This document shows, one piece after another, positions 54,603 to 64,000 of a stretch of DNA of 64,000 nt. Source of the DNA: Clostridia bacterium. GTDB lineage: Bacteria > Bacillota > Clostridia > Lachnospirales > Anaerotignaceae. Made by a program: the position numbers and the translations under genes. Location of the stretch: the NCBI GenBank assembly GCA_009929735.1, contig RZZU01000012.1:6894-70893 (forward strand), written 5' to 3'. How positions within the stretch are numbered: position 1 is the stretch's first letter; each line of letters opens with the position of its first letter. The notes beneath the pieces were generated by a model. That model had not been told where the DNA came from. It did no database searches and saw nothing but the letters and a program-made list of their open reading frames with translations.

Positions 54603-55402
54603 TAGCGTTCCCCCTTATCCTGTTTTTTGTCTATCACAGGGGCAAGACTACCCTTCTTCATTTGATCCTTGTTTTCCTTTAACTGCTGTAGAACGGAGGG
54701 CTTTCGTTCCTTCGTCTTTTCAGCAAGTTTTTCCTTTGCCCAGTCGGGTAATAGGTCTATTTTGGCTTCGCCCAAAAAATCAAAGCGATAGAAGTTGGTT
54801 TTTTCTCCATCAGTGAGAAATTCACCCATTACCTTTTTATTACCCTTTTCACTATCACAGCCAAAGCCACCAAAGGCATAGAACAACTGCTCATCCCTTG
54901 TTTTATGCTGTTCATTTAGAATTTCCGGCTTTAAAACCATAACCTTGCCCTCAAAATTCATATCCTTGGGAGGGTTCACCTGTGTTTTATCCCACAAATT
55001 CAGTTTTTCATATTCTTGCTTGTACTGGTTGATAAAGAGGTCCACAAGCCCCGTAGAAGAATTGACTAAAAATTCATTTCTTCTATCTCTATCCATAACT
55101 GTGTCCTCCGGCACAAAGGTTTCTTTTGCCCAAGCCTTGTTATTGCTGCTGATACGACCATCATAGTCAAAATGCTGTACCGTATAAGAAAGCACATATT
55201 TCATACGGTCAAAGCCAAATTCCTCAATGACAGGCTTCGCGATATCTTTGCCAAGTCTATAACCATCGTAGTTTTCTCTGATAACTTTTTCTATAGCATT
55301 TTTACAATCAATATTGGCACTGTGGGAAAGTACATATCGCTCGGCATCGTCATTTCGTTTTGCTTCCCCAAAGCTGTGGGGATAAAAAGGTCTTGTATCC
55401 AT
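54602..55402 (-). CDS. DUF3849-like ICE protein
   Basis: FYPHSFGEAKRNDDAERYVLSHSANIDCKNAIEKVIRENY...DYDGRISSNNKAWAKE matches my memory of the DUF3849 N-terminal pattern. Confidence 0.6.
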   Translation of the reverse strand: MDTRPFYPHSFGEAKRNDDAERYVLSHSANIDCKNAIEKVIRENYDGYRLGKDIAKPVIEEFGFDRMKYVLSYTVQHFDYDGRISSNNKAWAKETFVPEDTVMDRDRRNEFLVNSSTGLVDLFINQYKQEYEKLNLWDKTQVNPPKDMNFEGKVMVLKPEILNEQHKTRDEQLFYAFGGFGCDSEKGNKKVMGEFLTDGEKTNFYRFDFLGEAKIDLLPDWAKEKLAEKTKERKPSVLQQLKENKDQMKKGSLAPVIDKKQDKGER

Positions 55403-55713
55403 TAGGCTAATTCCTTTCTTTCAAAATAATCCCTTGCCATTTTAATATTTAGCTGTGAGGTGTCAAGGGTACGGATATGCTCCAGCTGCTGTATAGAGAA
55501 ATCTTCAAGCTGTTCCAAAAGCAAATTAATAAAAGGCTGCTGAGCTTGACAGTTCTGCAAATAGTGGAAATCCCTCGCCGTCATAATCACAAAGGTTTCA
55601 CCCTCAATCTGCTCATAGTGGCTGTCCACCATATTTTCTAAGCACTCCTCTAGGTTGCCAAAAAACTCGGCAACAGCTTCATTATCAATGGTAGGTGCGT
55701 TTTTCATATTCAT
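55402..55713 (-). CDS. Small ICE hypothetical protein (103 aa)
   Basis: ATG 55713 with AAGGAGAA 7 nt upstream. The longer listed ORF (to 55860) would overlap the virB6-like gene by 125 nt. Confidence 0.55.
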   Translation of the reverse strand: MNMKNAPTIDNEAVAEFFGNLEECLENMVDSHYEQIEGETFVIMTARDFHYLQNCQAQQPFINLLLEQLEDFSIQQLEHIRTLDTSQLNIKMARDYFERKELA

Positions 55714-55735
55714 ATAAGCGTTCTCCTTTATAAAG

Positions 55736-56605
55736 TTAGTGGGCATTGAAAATACCCTTGGCAATGTTACCTGTTTTGAATAAGGTAAAGCACAATAGCA
55801 ATGTGTATCCAAGACAAGTCCAAATTGCACCCATTGGGTCATCGCCCATTGCAATATCATTGATCAGTACGGAGTAAATGCCCACGCACACCATAATGAG
55901 GAACGCTTGAAATGCCAAGGCACAGATGGATTTAATGTAGTTTTGTCCCATGCTACCCCATTCTTTATTGCTCATTGTAGCAAAGGGAATAGGTGCAAGG
56001 GAGGTTACCATATAGATTTCCATCATTCTTCCGTAAATGACAATGAAAATGCAGAATGACAGTGCGTGCATCGTTACCTGTATCACAAAGCTTTGAATAA
56101 AAAGCCCCATCAATGGTCCGATGTCCATTTCTTGCAATACCGTTTCCAAGTTGCCGATGGCACTTTCAATATTGATACCTGTATCACCTATAATCAAGCC
56201 TGCGGAGCTTGCCACAACGCTCTGAGATACATCAAAAATCGCCATTACAATATCAAACACATTGGTAACAATTAACACTGCAATAAAGGTTTTCATAATC
56301 CATTTGAAAATATCGGAGGGTGGAAAATCGTGCATATTGTTTTTATCAATGATCATTGATATAAGCTCGTAACACATTACAAAGGTTAATACTATCCCTG
56401 CTATGGGAATTACCACGGTCTCGGAAAGATTTTGAATAAGGGAGAAAACTCCGCCATTCCACGCTGACGGAGTTTTTCCCACTTCACTTGCAATCTCACC
56501 GACACGGGAATTAACGGTATCAAACATCCCTGTCAAGTTTCCAATAATACCGCTGATTAAAATCTCCTTAATCCATTCGGTTATAGCGTCGATGATACTT
56601 TGCAT
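55736..56605 (-). CDS. VirB6/TrbL-like polytopic T4SS membrane protein (CD0415/CD1112-family-like)
   Basis: 289 aa with 6 or more TM helices. N-terminal MQSIIDAITEWIKEILISGIIGNLTGMF is typical of this family from memory. Confidence 0.75.
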   Translation of the reverse strand: MQSIIDAITEWIKEILISGIIGNLTGMFDTVNSRVGEIASEVGKTPSAWNGGVFSLIQNLSETVVIPIAGIVLTFVMCYELISMIIDKNNMHDFPPSDIFKWIMKTFIAVLIVTNVFDIVMAIFDVSQSVVASSAGLIIGDTGINIESAIGNLETVLQEMDIGPLMGLFIQSFVIQVTMHALSFCIFIVIYGRMMEIYMVTSLAPIPFATMSNKEWGSMGQNYIKSICALAFQAFLIMVCVGIYSVLINDIAMGDDPMGAIWTCLGYTLLLCFTLFKTGNIAKGIFNAH

Positions 56606-56618
56606 TTGTTACCTCCTA

Positions 56619-56834
56619 TTAACCGAAAAGTCCAGAAAGAAGAGGAACAAGTGTCATTCCGATAAGTGCAACCCCGCCGCCTGCCATAAGCTGCTTCATA
56701 CCTTGCGATTTTGCACCAGGATTGTCATTACCATACCCCTCCAAAAGGTTGATAACGCCCCAAATTCCAAGACCTGCACCAAGTGCAATTACTAGTGTTT
56801 GCAATACGCTAATTGCTTCGTTAAAAAATTCCAT
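56619..56834 (-). CDS. Maff2-family small membrane protein
   Basis: 71 aa. LQTLVIALGAGLGIWGVINLLEGYGNDNPGAKSQGMKQLMAGGGVALIG is the Maff2 pattern. Confidence 0.8.
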   Translation of the reverse strand: MEFFNEAISVLQTLVIALGAGLGIWGVINLLEGYGNDNPGAKSQGMKQLMAGGGVALIGMTLVPLLSGLFG

Positions 56835-56904
56835 AATATAAAATCTCCTTTAATTTTTTATTTTGAGTAAAATAAAAGACACCACTGATTTTTTTGGTAG
56901 TGTC

Positions 56905-58665
56905 TTATTCGCTGACTTCGCCCATATTGTAAACTTCATATATATCATCGGGCTTTGTTTTTAATTTTGTGGATAGATATTTTACAATGCTAAAGGTGTT
57001 TCTTTTATCATAATCGGCTAAATACTGATAGTTTTTGTGCTTTGTAATATCATATTTATCCGAGAGAAATGGGCGAACACCTCGAAGCTGCAAAATACAC
57101 TTACTGCCGTCCATAACAGCAAGCTCATCTATGCTCATAAGCTCCTTTCCCAACTTCTGATAATTTTGCCCATAACTTCTCTGACTTCCTCTTGTGTCGG
57201 AAGTATTATAAGTATCAATCGTTTCCTTGCCCATTGTTTCAGTTAGTTCTTTTAATGTAGTTTTTTCTTTGCCACCGAGAAAAATCATGCTGTCGCAATT
57301 GCCGATAATAGTATCGGCATTATCCTTGTAGAGTGCCTTTAACTGGCTCTGTGCCTGCAATACAAGACAAGCCGATATTTCTCTGGATCGGATAGTTGCC
57401 ATCAGCTTTTCTAGCTTTGGTATCTGCCCAATATTAGCAGCTTCATCAATTAGACAACGAACGTGGATAGGAAGTCTGCCACCATACACATCATCAGCCT
57501 TTTCACAAAGTAGATTAAATAACTGTGTGTATGCCATTGATACCAAGAAATTAAAGGTATCATCAGTATCGGAGATGATGAAAAACAAAGCAGTTTTCTT
57601 ATCGCCCAAGGTATCAAGCTCCAGTTCGTCATATTCTGTTAAATCCCGAAGCTCCTTAATGTCAAAGGGGGCAAGCCTTGCCCCACAAGAAATCAAAATA
57701 CTTTTGGCTGTCTTGCCCGCAGCTAGCTTATATTTTGCATACTGCCTTACTGCAAAATGGTCTGGGGACTTCTTCTCCAAGAGTTCAAACACTCTATCCA
57801 CGGAATTTTTAAAGTTCTCATCCTCTTCTCGCACCTCACTTGCGTTAATCATTTCGATAAGGGTGTTAAAATTCTTTTCTTCCTCTGGTGCTTCATAGTG
57901 GATGTAGCCAATCAGGGCAGTATAGAGCAGTGTTTCGGCCTTCTGCCAAAAATCATCGCCGCCTTTGCCGTCACCCTTGGTATTGGTAATTAGGGTAGTA
58001 ACCAGCTTCAAAATATCCTTTTCTGATCGGATATAAGAAAAAGGATTGTATTTCATCGACTTATTGAAGTTAATGGTATTGAAAATTTTAATTTTATAAC
58101 CCTCTTTCAATAGCAAATTACCACACTCGATTACAATACTGCCCTTTGGATCAGTCACAACATATGAAGAATGGCACTGCATAAGGTTGGGTTTCAACCA
58201 AAATCTTGTCTTACCACTGCCCGAACCGCCTATAATCAGCACATTTTTGTTCCTCGCATCCTTTGGGTTCTTGGGCCTACTGCTCATTGTTAGGCTTTCT
58301 GTTTTGGTGAGAATAATATTGTTTTCAAATACAGGGTCGGCAAACGGCGCAATATCCTTTGGAGTACCAAAACGAGCAGAGCCGTACTCTCTACCGTGCC
58401 TATACTTTTTTGCACTTTTCCCTCGTATGTACACCACAAGCCTTATAACAACTGCAATAAGCAGTCCGAAAAGTAAATCTCCAAGGTGAAAACTTGGAAT
58501 AAAGCTTTTAAAAGCAAGGGCAAATCCATCACCAATATGAAGTAGCTTTTCTGATAAATCTACACCATTCGCAAGGCGGAAGCCCTGCACCACCTTAGTC
58601 ATAAACAAGCCGATGAACAGATACGGAATGTGCAGGATTAATTGTTTTTTCACTTTATCTGTCAT
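56905..58665 (-). CDS. virD4: Type IV coupling protein (VirD4/TraG-like)
   Basis: 586 aa. Two N-terminal TM helices, Walker A VLIIGGSGSGKTRF, Walker B CLIDEAANIG. Confidence 0.9.
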   Translation of the reverse strand: MTDKVKKQLILHIPYLFIGLFMTKVVQGFRLANGVDLSEKLLHIGDGFALAFKSFIPSFHLGDLLFGLLIAVVIRLVVYIRGKSAKKYRHGREYGSARFGTPKDIAPFADPVFENNIILTKTESLTMSSRPKNPKDARNKNVLIIGGSGSGKTRFWLKPNLMQCHSSYVVTDPKGSIVIECGNLLLKEGYKIKIFNTINFNKSMKYNPFSYIRSEKDILKLVTTLITNTKGDGKGGDDFWQKAETLLYTALIGYIHYEAPEEEKNFNTLIEMINASEVREEDENFKNSVDRVFELLEKKSPDHFAVRQYAKYKLAAGKTAKSILISCGARLAPFDIKELRDLTEYDELELDTLGDKKTALFFIISDTDDTFNFLVSMAYTQLFNLLCEKADDVYGGRLPIHVRCLIDEAANIGQIPKLEKLMATIRSREISACLVLQAQSQLKALYKDNADTIIGNCDSMIFLGGKEKTTLKELTETMGKETIDTYNTSDTRGSQRSYGQNYQKLGKELMSIDELAVMDGSKCILQLRGVRPFLSDKYDITKHKNYQYLADYDKRNTFSIVKYLSTKLKTKPDDIYEVYNMGEVSE

Positions 58666-59114
58666 CGCACCTGCTCCTTTTTCTTGACCTTTTCCACCAC
58701 GGCATTTTTGATTTTTTCTTTCTGTTCCCGAAGTTCTTGCAATACAGACGGTTTTTCAACCTTTCGCATTCTGTCTGCTGTAAATTCCTTAAAAGCAGAG
58801 AGAATAGCATCATTATCTTTTGCCTTAAAGAAAACAAGATACTTAGGTGGTGTTTCGGTAATGTCTTTTTTGAGAGCAAAATCCACGCCGTATTTTTTCG
58901 CATACTTTTCAAAGCACTTGATATTTTTATCCGTAACCTCAATGTTTGTCATCCCTTGACCGTGCTTTGCGAGCTGTTTGACCGTCTGTTTACCGTGGGG
59001 CAGTTCCTTTTGGTGTGCAAGATATAGCTTGATTAACTTAAGCAACAACTTTCCTGTCATTTTAGAGCTGTTTACAGCAAAGGTTATGCTTCTATGGTTT
59101 ATATCTTCTTGCAA
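58662..59114 (-). CDS. pcfB: PcfB-family (DUF3801) conjugation protein
   Basis: 150 aa. TTG start with AAGGAG 7 nt upstream. ATGA overlap with virD4. Position and sequence style fit PcfB. Confidence 0.65.
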   Translation of the reverse strand: MQEDINHRSITFAVNSSKMTGKLLLKLIKLYLAHQKELPHGKQTVKQLAKHGQGMTNIEVTDKNIKCFEKYAKKYGVDFALKKDITETPPKYLVFFKAKDNDAILSAFKEFTADRMRKVEKPSVLQELREQKEKIKNAVVEKVKKKEQVR

Positions 59115-59141
59115 AAAACCACTCCTTCCATCAGAAAATAC

Positions 59142-62100
59142 TTACTCAAAGTAATATTCAACAGAATAAGTAATGTTGGATTTGTTATACATGCAATCAT
59201 GATTTGTGTAGTAATAAAACTCCAATTGCGAGTAAATTCCAGCTTCAAGTGTGTTGTCAAAAGTGATACCGTTGCTTGTTGTACCATAACTTAACTGATC
59301 CCATTGCTTCGTCTTAACATTATAGCCGCGCACTCTGCCAAAATCTTTACCGCTGTGACCGGATACCGGAGGAACCGTAAATGTATATTTTGTAATAGTT
59401 GCACCTTCAAGACCGTTTTCATTAATAGTGGATTCGGGCCCTGTTAAAGTCATACCGCCACCACTGCTTGCATCTGCTACAAAGAATACAATAGCAGCCC
59501 AAGGTGATTCAGCACCTGTATCATCAACAGCTTTTACGCGCACCACATTTTTACCGAGAGGATAAGCCTGTCTTTCACTATCTCGTCCTTCCCATATATA
59601 TGTGACCATATCTCCATCGGGGTCGGTACTGCTTGCTGAGATTGTAACGGGACTTCCGGGGGCTACACAATTACCATTGGGGGTTCTTGTAATCACCGGT
59701 GTAGTTGGTGCTGAATTGTTGATCGTAAATGTTTGGCTTACCCATTCTGAATAAACCCCGGCCTCATCTTTTGCTCTAACCTTGATAGTATGAGTGCCAA
59801 TTGCATAATAATCGTCACTTGCTTTACCACTCCACTCAAGTGTTGTTTTATCCCCATCTGCATCCGTAGCAGCAACAGAAGTTTTTACAAAGAAATTTCC
59901 GTTTTTTGCAGTTCTTGTAGGCACTGCTGCCATTGTAACTATAGGTGCATGATTGACAACCTCAAAAGTAGCTGTCTGCCAGTCAGAATAGCTGTCAGCA
60001 ATATCTTTTGCTCTTACTCTAACAGTGTAGGCGCCAACGGAATAGTAATCGTCCGCTGCTCGTCCATCCCATTCAAGAGTCGTTGCATCACCGTCAGTAT
60101 CATTTGATGTGGCTGAGATATTTACTAAGAAATTACTGTTCTTCGTGGTTCTTGTGGGAACCGCTGTCACTGTAACCGTAGGTGCATGATTCATAATATC
60201 AAAAGTTACGCTTTCCCATTCGGAATAGGTATTTGCAATATCCTTCGCTCTTACCTTAATGGTGTGGCTACCAACAGAATAGTAATCATCTGCTGTGCGT
60301 CCGTCCCATTCAAGCGTGGTTTTGTCATTATCTTCATCATTTGCAATAGCAGAGATATTTACTAAGAAATTACCGTTCTTCGTGGTTCTTGTAGGAACTG
60401 CTGTCACCGTAACTGTAGGTGCATGATTGGTAACCTCTAAGGTAATACTCTCCCATTCAGAGTATGTTCCTGCAATATCCTTTGCTCTTGCTCTAATTTC
60501 ATGTATCCCAACAGGATAATAATCATCTGCCGTTCTTCCGTCCCATTCAAACGTAATTTCATCATTTTCCGGGTCCGTGGCAGTGGCACCGATCTTTACT
60601 AAAAAGTTATTATCTTTCGTAGTTCTAGTTAATTCAGCTGTAACAACTGGCTTATTAGGTGCTGTGTTTAGCACCTCAATATTTTCACTGTGAGCAAACA
60701 ATCTTCCTTCTTTATCGGTAATGGTTGCTGTTAATGTGAATGTTCCCAGCTTGTCAATAGCCATTGTACCACCACTATTACCAAGAGAACCTTCAAAGGT
60801 TACTACACCGTTTTTATCGTTCAGTACCCAGTTCACATCATACATATCAGCGTGAATGGTATTATCTATGGTAACCTCAAAATCTGCTCCATAGTGGATA
60901 CTGTTCGGTACCGAAAAGCTAAATTCAACAAATGGCATAACAGTTATTTCTTCGCTGTGAGAAAACTTACGACCAAGGTAATCTGTCATGGTGCCTGTTA
61001 AAACATAAGTGCCATATTCCTTGAAACGGAATTTACCGCCATTAGCATTCAGTGTGCCATCAACCGCACTGTCAAACACTATTGCAATTCCGTCCTTAGT
61101 AATTGTCCAGTCCACAGGCAATACTTGATTGTTTCCGTGGGTTCTGACATCAAGCACGGTATCGGTATAGGCAAGCTTTGGAAGTGTAAATCCAAAGTCC
61201 AAAACAGGGAAAACCTCAATTTTATCTTTGGACTCAAATAGGAATACTCGTCCAGTTTGGTCAGTAATTCTTGCCACCAACTCATAAACACCGGCTCGTT
61301 TGAAATAAATCTTACCTCCATTGTTATCCAAGTTCCCATCAACATAGGTGTTCCAATCTTGATACCCGTAGGTATTATCAATAAGCCACTCAATTTTTAA
61401 ATCACTTACATTTTCAAGAGTTGATGTAATCTCGATTTCTTTATCCGTATGAGCAAATTCCGGTATATTGTAGGTTACAACAGGAATTGCGAACACTTGA
61501 AAATTTTGCTCATAACTGTATGCTCTGCCACCCTCATCGCTAAAGGATACGGAAAGTGTGTACTTACCGGCTTTTATGAATTTTATAGAGCCACCGTCAT
61601 TATCAAGTGTACCCTCGATAAATTCAGCCATAGAAACTACTTTACCGTCTTTTTTAAGTACCCAGTTTGCTGTACTATTACCAATCTCAGCAAAATTGGT
61701 ATCTACCATAACCAAGTTGTCGGTGTGGAATATCTCCGGTAAATAAAATCCGGCAAAGCCAACAGGGTATACGGTAATATCTATACTGCACGAATATTTA
61801 CGACCGTTATCGTCGGTAATGGAAGCTGTCAGCTTATAGACACCTTTTTCTTTGAAACGGATATTTTCACCGTCTTCTAAAATGCCCTCAATGTATTCGT
61901 CAATTATGACATCTGTACCATTACGGGATAACTCCCAGTTGATTTTCAGCATATCTGCATTCTGGGAATTTACATCAATGCAAACAGGCTTATCAGTATA
62001 GGTGTTGTTTGGCAAATCCATACTAAGTAAAACTTTAGAATAAATCGTAATTTCTGCTGAAGCTGAACTAGGGTTGCCCATACCAGCTACCACCGAAGCT

Positions 62101-63371
62101 GTTACGGTATATAACCCTTTTTCACTAAAAAAGACAGAACCACCTGTGTCACCAAGTTTTCCGTCTATTACATCATCAATATTTACGACTGTCCCATCTT
62201 TGGAAATGGTCCATTTTACTACACTGCTACCAAGATCTTCAGAGACAAAATCTATATCAACTTCCCTGTCGGTATAACTAATCTTTGGTGCATCAAGTTG
62301 TACTGTAACTACTGCATATACTGTAAAACTATTCCTGGCGATCGTGGTTTTTCCTTGACTGTTTTTGGCTGTGGCAATTAATGTGTAGTTTCCACTTTCT
62401 TTTGCTTTGATACTTCCACCATTATTGCCAAGTACACCGTCCAAGAATTTGTCATAGGCAACAGTAACACTGTCTTTTTCTAAAGACCAAGTAACAGTAC
62501 TAACAGATTTACTATCGGTAGTAACACTTAAGGTATCTCCAACATAGCCAGCTTGTTGTAAATCAAAGCTAAAAACAGGGGTAGTGTTATCATTCCCACC
62601 ACTACTGCTACCGCCACCGGAGGAAGAACCACTTGAAGGCCTTGATGGTTTTGTAGGCTTATTTTTTTCATCCTCCTGCTGTTTCTGTTCCTTATCAACT
62701 AATTCCTTGTCTGCTGATTCCTCTTTTATTATTTTATCGGCCTTGTTTTGGTTTAACAGCATAGCAAAGGCTTCTGCTCTGGTTGCATTCCAAAAGGGTT
62801 TCAGCGTTCCATCGGGAAAACCGTCTACAATGCTGTATTTCTTTGCAATACAGATATATTCAAGCTGTGTTTTCGATACTGCTTCAAGGTCTGTAAAGCC
62901 TGTTTCGCATTTGCAGTTATCTTCATGCAAACCATTACCTAATGTTCTTACAAGCATACGGAGCATTTCATAGCGTGTAATAGGTTCATCAGGGGAAAAT
63001 TCACTGCCGTAATCGTTTGGCTCGATTATGTCAGTAAGAATAAGATGATTTATTTCTTTTTCAGCCCAATGACCTTTGATGTCTGTAAACTCAACATCAA
63101 GGATATTGTCATCTGTGGTAGTGTTATTTGTGTTTCTTGCCGCCAATGCCGAAAACTCTGCTCTTGTAATCGTAGCATCGGGGTGAACCAATCCGTCGGG
63201 ATATCCGCTTACAACACCTTCTGCCACAAGTGTATTGATAATATTTTCTGCCCAATGCCCCACACTATCCGAGAACATCTTTTGCATTGCAAAAGCTGAA
63301 CCGGTTAAGCTCATTAGCACCAAGCATACAATCAATATGACTTGGGTTGATTTATTCAACTTTAGTCTCAT
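59142..63371 (-). CDS. Giant surface protein: signal peptide, three SLH domains, about ten Ig/PKD-like repeats, five 79-aa tandem repeats, C-terminal beta-rich domain (putative ICE adhesin)
   Basis: ATG 63371 (AAGGAG, 7-nt spacer) gives MRLKLNKSTQVILIVCLVLMSLTGSAFA. SLH motifs FSDSVGHWAENIINTLVAEGVVSGYPDG, FTDIKGHWAEKEINHL and FTD...IVDGFPDGTLKP. Repeats are described separately. Confidence 0.85.
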   Translation of the reverse strand: MRLKLNKSTQVILIVCLVLMSLTGSAFAMQKMFSDSVGHWAENIINTLVAEGVVSGYPDGLVHPDATITRAEFSALAARNTNNTTTDDNILDVEFTDIKGHWAEKEINHLILTDIIEPNDYGSEFSPDEPITRYEMLRMLVRTLGNGLHEDNCKCETGFTDLEAVSKTQLEYICIAKKYSIVDGFPDGTLKPFWNATRAEAFAMLLNQNKADKIIKEESADKELVDKEQKQQEDEKNKPTKPSRPSSGSSSGGGSSSGGNDNTTPVFSFDLQQAGYVGDTLSVTTDSKSVSTVTWSLEKDSVTVAYDKFLDGVLGNNGGSIKAKESGNYTLIATAKNSQGKTTIARNSFTVYAVVTVQLDAPKISYTDREVDIDFVSEDLGSSVVKWTISKDGTVVNIDDVIDGKLGDTGGSVFFSEKGLYTVTASVVAGMGNPSSASAEITIYSKVLLSMDLPNNTYTDKPVCIDVNSQNADMLKINWELSRNGTDVIIDEYIEGILEDGENIRFKEKGVYKLTASITDDNGRKYSCSIDITVYPVGFAGFYLPEIFHTDNLVMVDTNFAEIGNSTANWVLKKDGKVVSMAEFIEGTLDNDGGSIKFIKAGKYTLSVSFSDEGGRAYSYEQNFQVFAIPVVTYNIPEFAHTDKEIEITSTLENVSDLKIEWLIDNTYGYQDWNTYVDGNLDNNGGKIYFKRAGVYELVARITDQTGRVFLFESKDKIEVFPVLDFGFTLPKLAYTDTVLDVRTHGNNQVLPVDWTITKDGIAIVFDSAVDGTLNANGGKFRFKEYGTYVLTGTMTDYLGRKFSHSEEITVMPFVEFSFSVPNSIHYGADFEVTIDNTIHADMYDVNWVLNDKNGVVTFEGSLGNSGGTMAIDKLGTFTLTATITDKEGRLFAHSENIEVLNTAPNKPVVTAELTRTTKDNNFLVKIGATATDPENDEITFEWDGRTADDYYPVGIHEIRARAKDIAGTYSEWESITLEVTNHAPTVTVTAVPTRTTKNGNFLVNISAIANDEDNDKTTLEWDGRTADDYYSVGSHTIKVRAKDIANTYSEWESVTFDIMNHAPTVTVTAVPTRTTKNSNFLVNISATSNDTDGDATTLEWDGRAADDYYSVGAYTVRVRAKDIADSYSDWQTATFEVVNHAPIVTMAAVPTRTAKNGNFFVKTSVAATDADGDKTTLEWSGKASDDYYAIGTHTIKVRAKDEAGVYSEWVSQTFTINNSAPTTPVITRTPNGNCVAPGSPVTISASSTDPDGDMVTYIWEGRDSERQAYPLGKNVVRVKAVDDTGAESPWAAIVFFVADASSGGGMTLTGPESTINENGLEGATITKYTFTVPPVSGHSGKDFGRVRGYNVKTKQWDQLSYGTTSNGITFDNTLEAGIYSQLEFYYYTNHDCMYNKSNITYSVEYYFE
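59481..60668 (-). repeat. Five tandem 237-bp (79-codon) coding repeats; the three central copies are highly similar at DNA level
   Basis: The anchor GGTGCATGATT recurs at 59944, 60181 and 60418 (period 237). Protein units NHAPTVTVTAVPTRTTKN.NFLVNISA..ND.D.D.TTLEWDGR.ADDYYSVG..T..VRAKDIA..YS.W. By eye, stretches of about 70 bp are near-identical between copies. Confidence 0.85.
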
Positions 63372-63494
63372 CAAAAAACTCCTTTTCAAATTTATTTTTT
63401 TAACTTTTTCTATTCTTGAAAATTAAGGCGGTATCACCAATCTGTATAAAAGATATTTCTGCATAAAGGAACCTCCCCTCTTGATGTTGTTATA

Positions 63495-63533
63495 TATAAA
63501 AAAGCCATCTAACCGAAAATGGTTAAGATAGCT
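63495..63533 (-). terminator. Imperfect hairpin plus T-run after the replication-initiator-like gene
   Basis: AGCCATCTAACC / GGTTAAGATAGCT imperfect stem (63503-63533), followed on the minus strand by T6 (63502-63497). Confidence 0.4.
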
Positions 63534-63554
63534 TTGCGCTCACCTAATTGTATT

Positions 63555-64000
63555 TTATTTGCCGTATAAATCGTGATTGACAAGGGCCGAATAGTAACTA
63601 CTCATCGTAACAGGTGCATTATATAGGCTTGTCAACAGATATGCCTTAATGTTATTTATCTTTGTAGTGTTTTTGGAAAGACTGTCAAACACATACTCAA
63701 TGTGGCTACTATCCAATTTCAAAAATCTACTTTTTACAACTGTCGTTGGAATATCCTGTCCAGCTATGCGGGTAGTCTGTGCATTACTACACACAATATC
63801 AAGCATCAATTCCACAATTCCATCAATTTCACCTGTATCATAAGGCTTTTTTTCTACAAAATGATTGTACCCGATATTTTCTTTGATAATTTCACTGTAC
63901 AAGTTTCTTTCATCCATCCTATCCATCAAGAACGCCGAGCTTGTCAAGTCTTCCTTTTGTGTCTGCCTCTCTTTTGACAGATTGATAGAGTCAGTATCGC
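63555..64000 (-). CDS. C-terminal part of an ICE replication-initiator-like protein (DUF6017-like); 5' end outside the window
   Basis: The frame stays open to position 64000 (my translation upstream of the listed TTG: ...DTDSINLSKERQTQKEDL...). The C-terminal IAGQDIPTTVVKSRFLKLDSSHIEYVFDSLSKNTTKINNIKAYLLTSLYNAPVTMSSYY resembles the conserved end of ICE/plasmid initiators seen upstream of such T4SS modules. Confidence 0.5.
   Translation of the reverse strand, partial: DTDSINLSKERQTQKEDLTSSAFLMDRMDERNLYSEIIKENIGYNHFVEKKPYDTGEIDGIVELMLDIVCSNAQTTRIAGQDIPTTVVKSRFLKLDSSHIEYVFDSLSKNTTKINNIKAYLLTSLYNAPVTMSSYYSALVNHDLYGK

Noticed and set aside
59481-62560. Repeat-rich adhesin considered as a target of a diversity-generating retroelement or as phase-variable via a homopolymer
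   Set aside because: There is no reverse transcriptase, no template-repeat copy outside the gene and no long homopolymer or short-unit microsatellite in the coding sequence.
1-64000. Searched by eye for tRNA, rRNA, CRISPR repeats and integrase/recombinase genes that would define ICE ends
   Set aside because: None found. The only transposases are the IS1 genes and the IS3 fragment, so the element boundaries cannot be called from this window.

Overview
Almost the whole window is accessory DNA from a low-GC Gram-positive, Clostridia-like genome, and nearly every gene is on the minus strand. (1) 32.97-64.0 kb is the conjugation and mobilisation backbone of a Tn1549/CTn-type integrative conjugative element (ICE). 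In transcription order it encodes a replication-initiator fragment, a 1409-aa SLH-anchored repeat adhesin, PcfB, a VirD4-type coupling protein, Maff2, a VirB6/TrbL-like protein, PrgI, VirB4, an NlpC/P60 hydrolase, topoisomerase III, a HigBA-like toxin-antitoxin pair, a ~2950-aa ArdC/methylase/SNF2 polyvalent protein, MobC and the relaxase. (2) 2.87-32.7 kb, directly downstream of the relaxase, is a ~30 kb defence island. It holds a complete type I BREX locus (HTH-brxA-brxB-brxC-[two inserted genes]-pglX-[yjcQ-like]-pglZ-brxL). Next comes a self-contained four-gene operon with two ComEC-type MBL-fold paralogues, a 4-TM protein and an orphan protein; this is my best candidate for an undescribed system. 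The island also carries a secreted nuclease lipoprotein, a membrane-anchored UvrD-like helicase with an embedded nuclease-like motif and Zn ribbons, a type II CBASS (cap4-cdn-cap2-cap3) and a His-rich hydrolase-like gene. (3) 0-2.87 kb is a decayed junction: a SPASM-domain gene fragment, an IS3 transposase fragment cut by an intact IS1-family element, and a LytTR two-component pair. I saw no rRNA, tRNA, CRISPR array or integrase. The oddest single observation is a complete tnpV-like gene, with its own SD, ATG and stop, lying out of frame inside the open reading frame of the polyvalent gene. All family assignments come from motif recognition by eye and memory; no searches were run.
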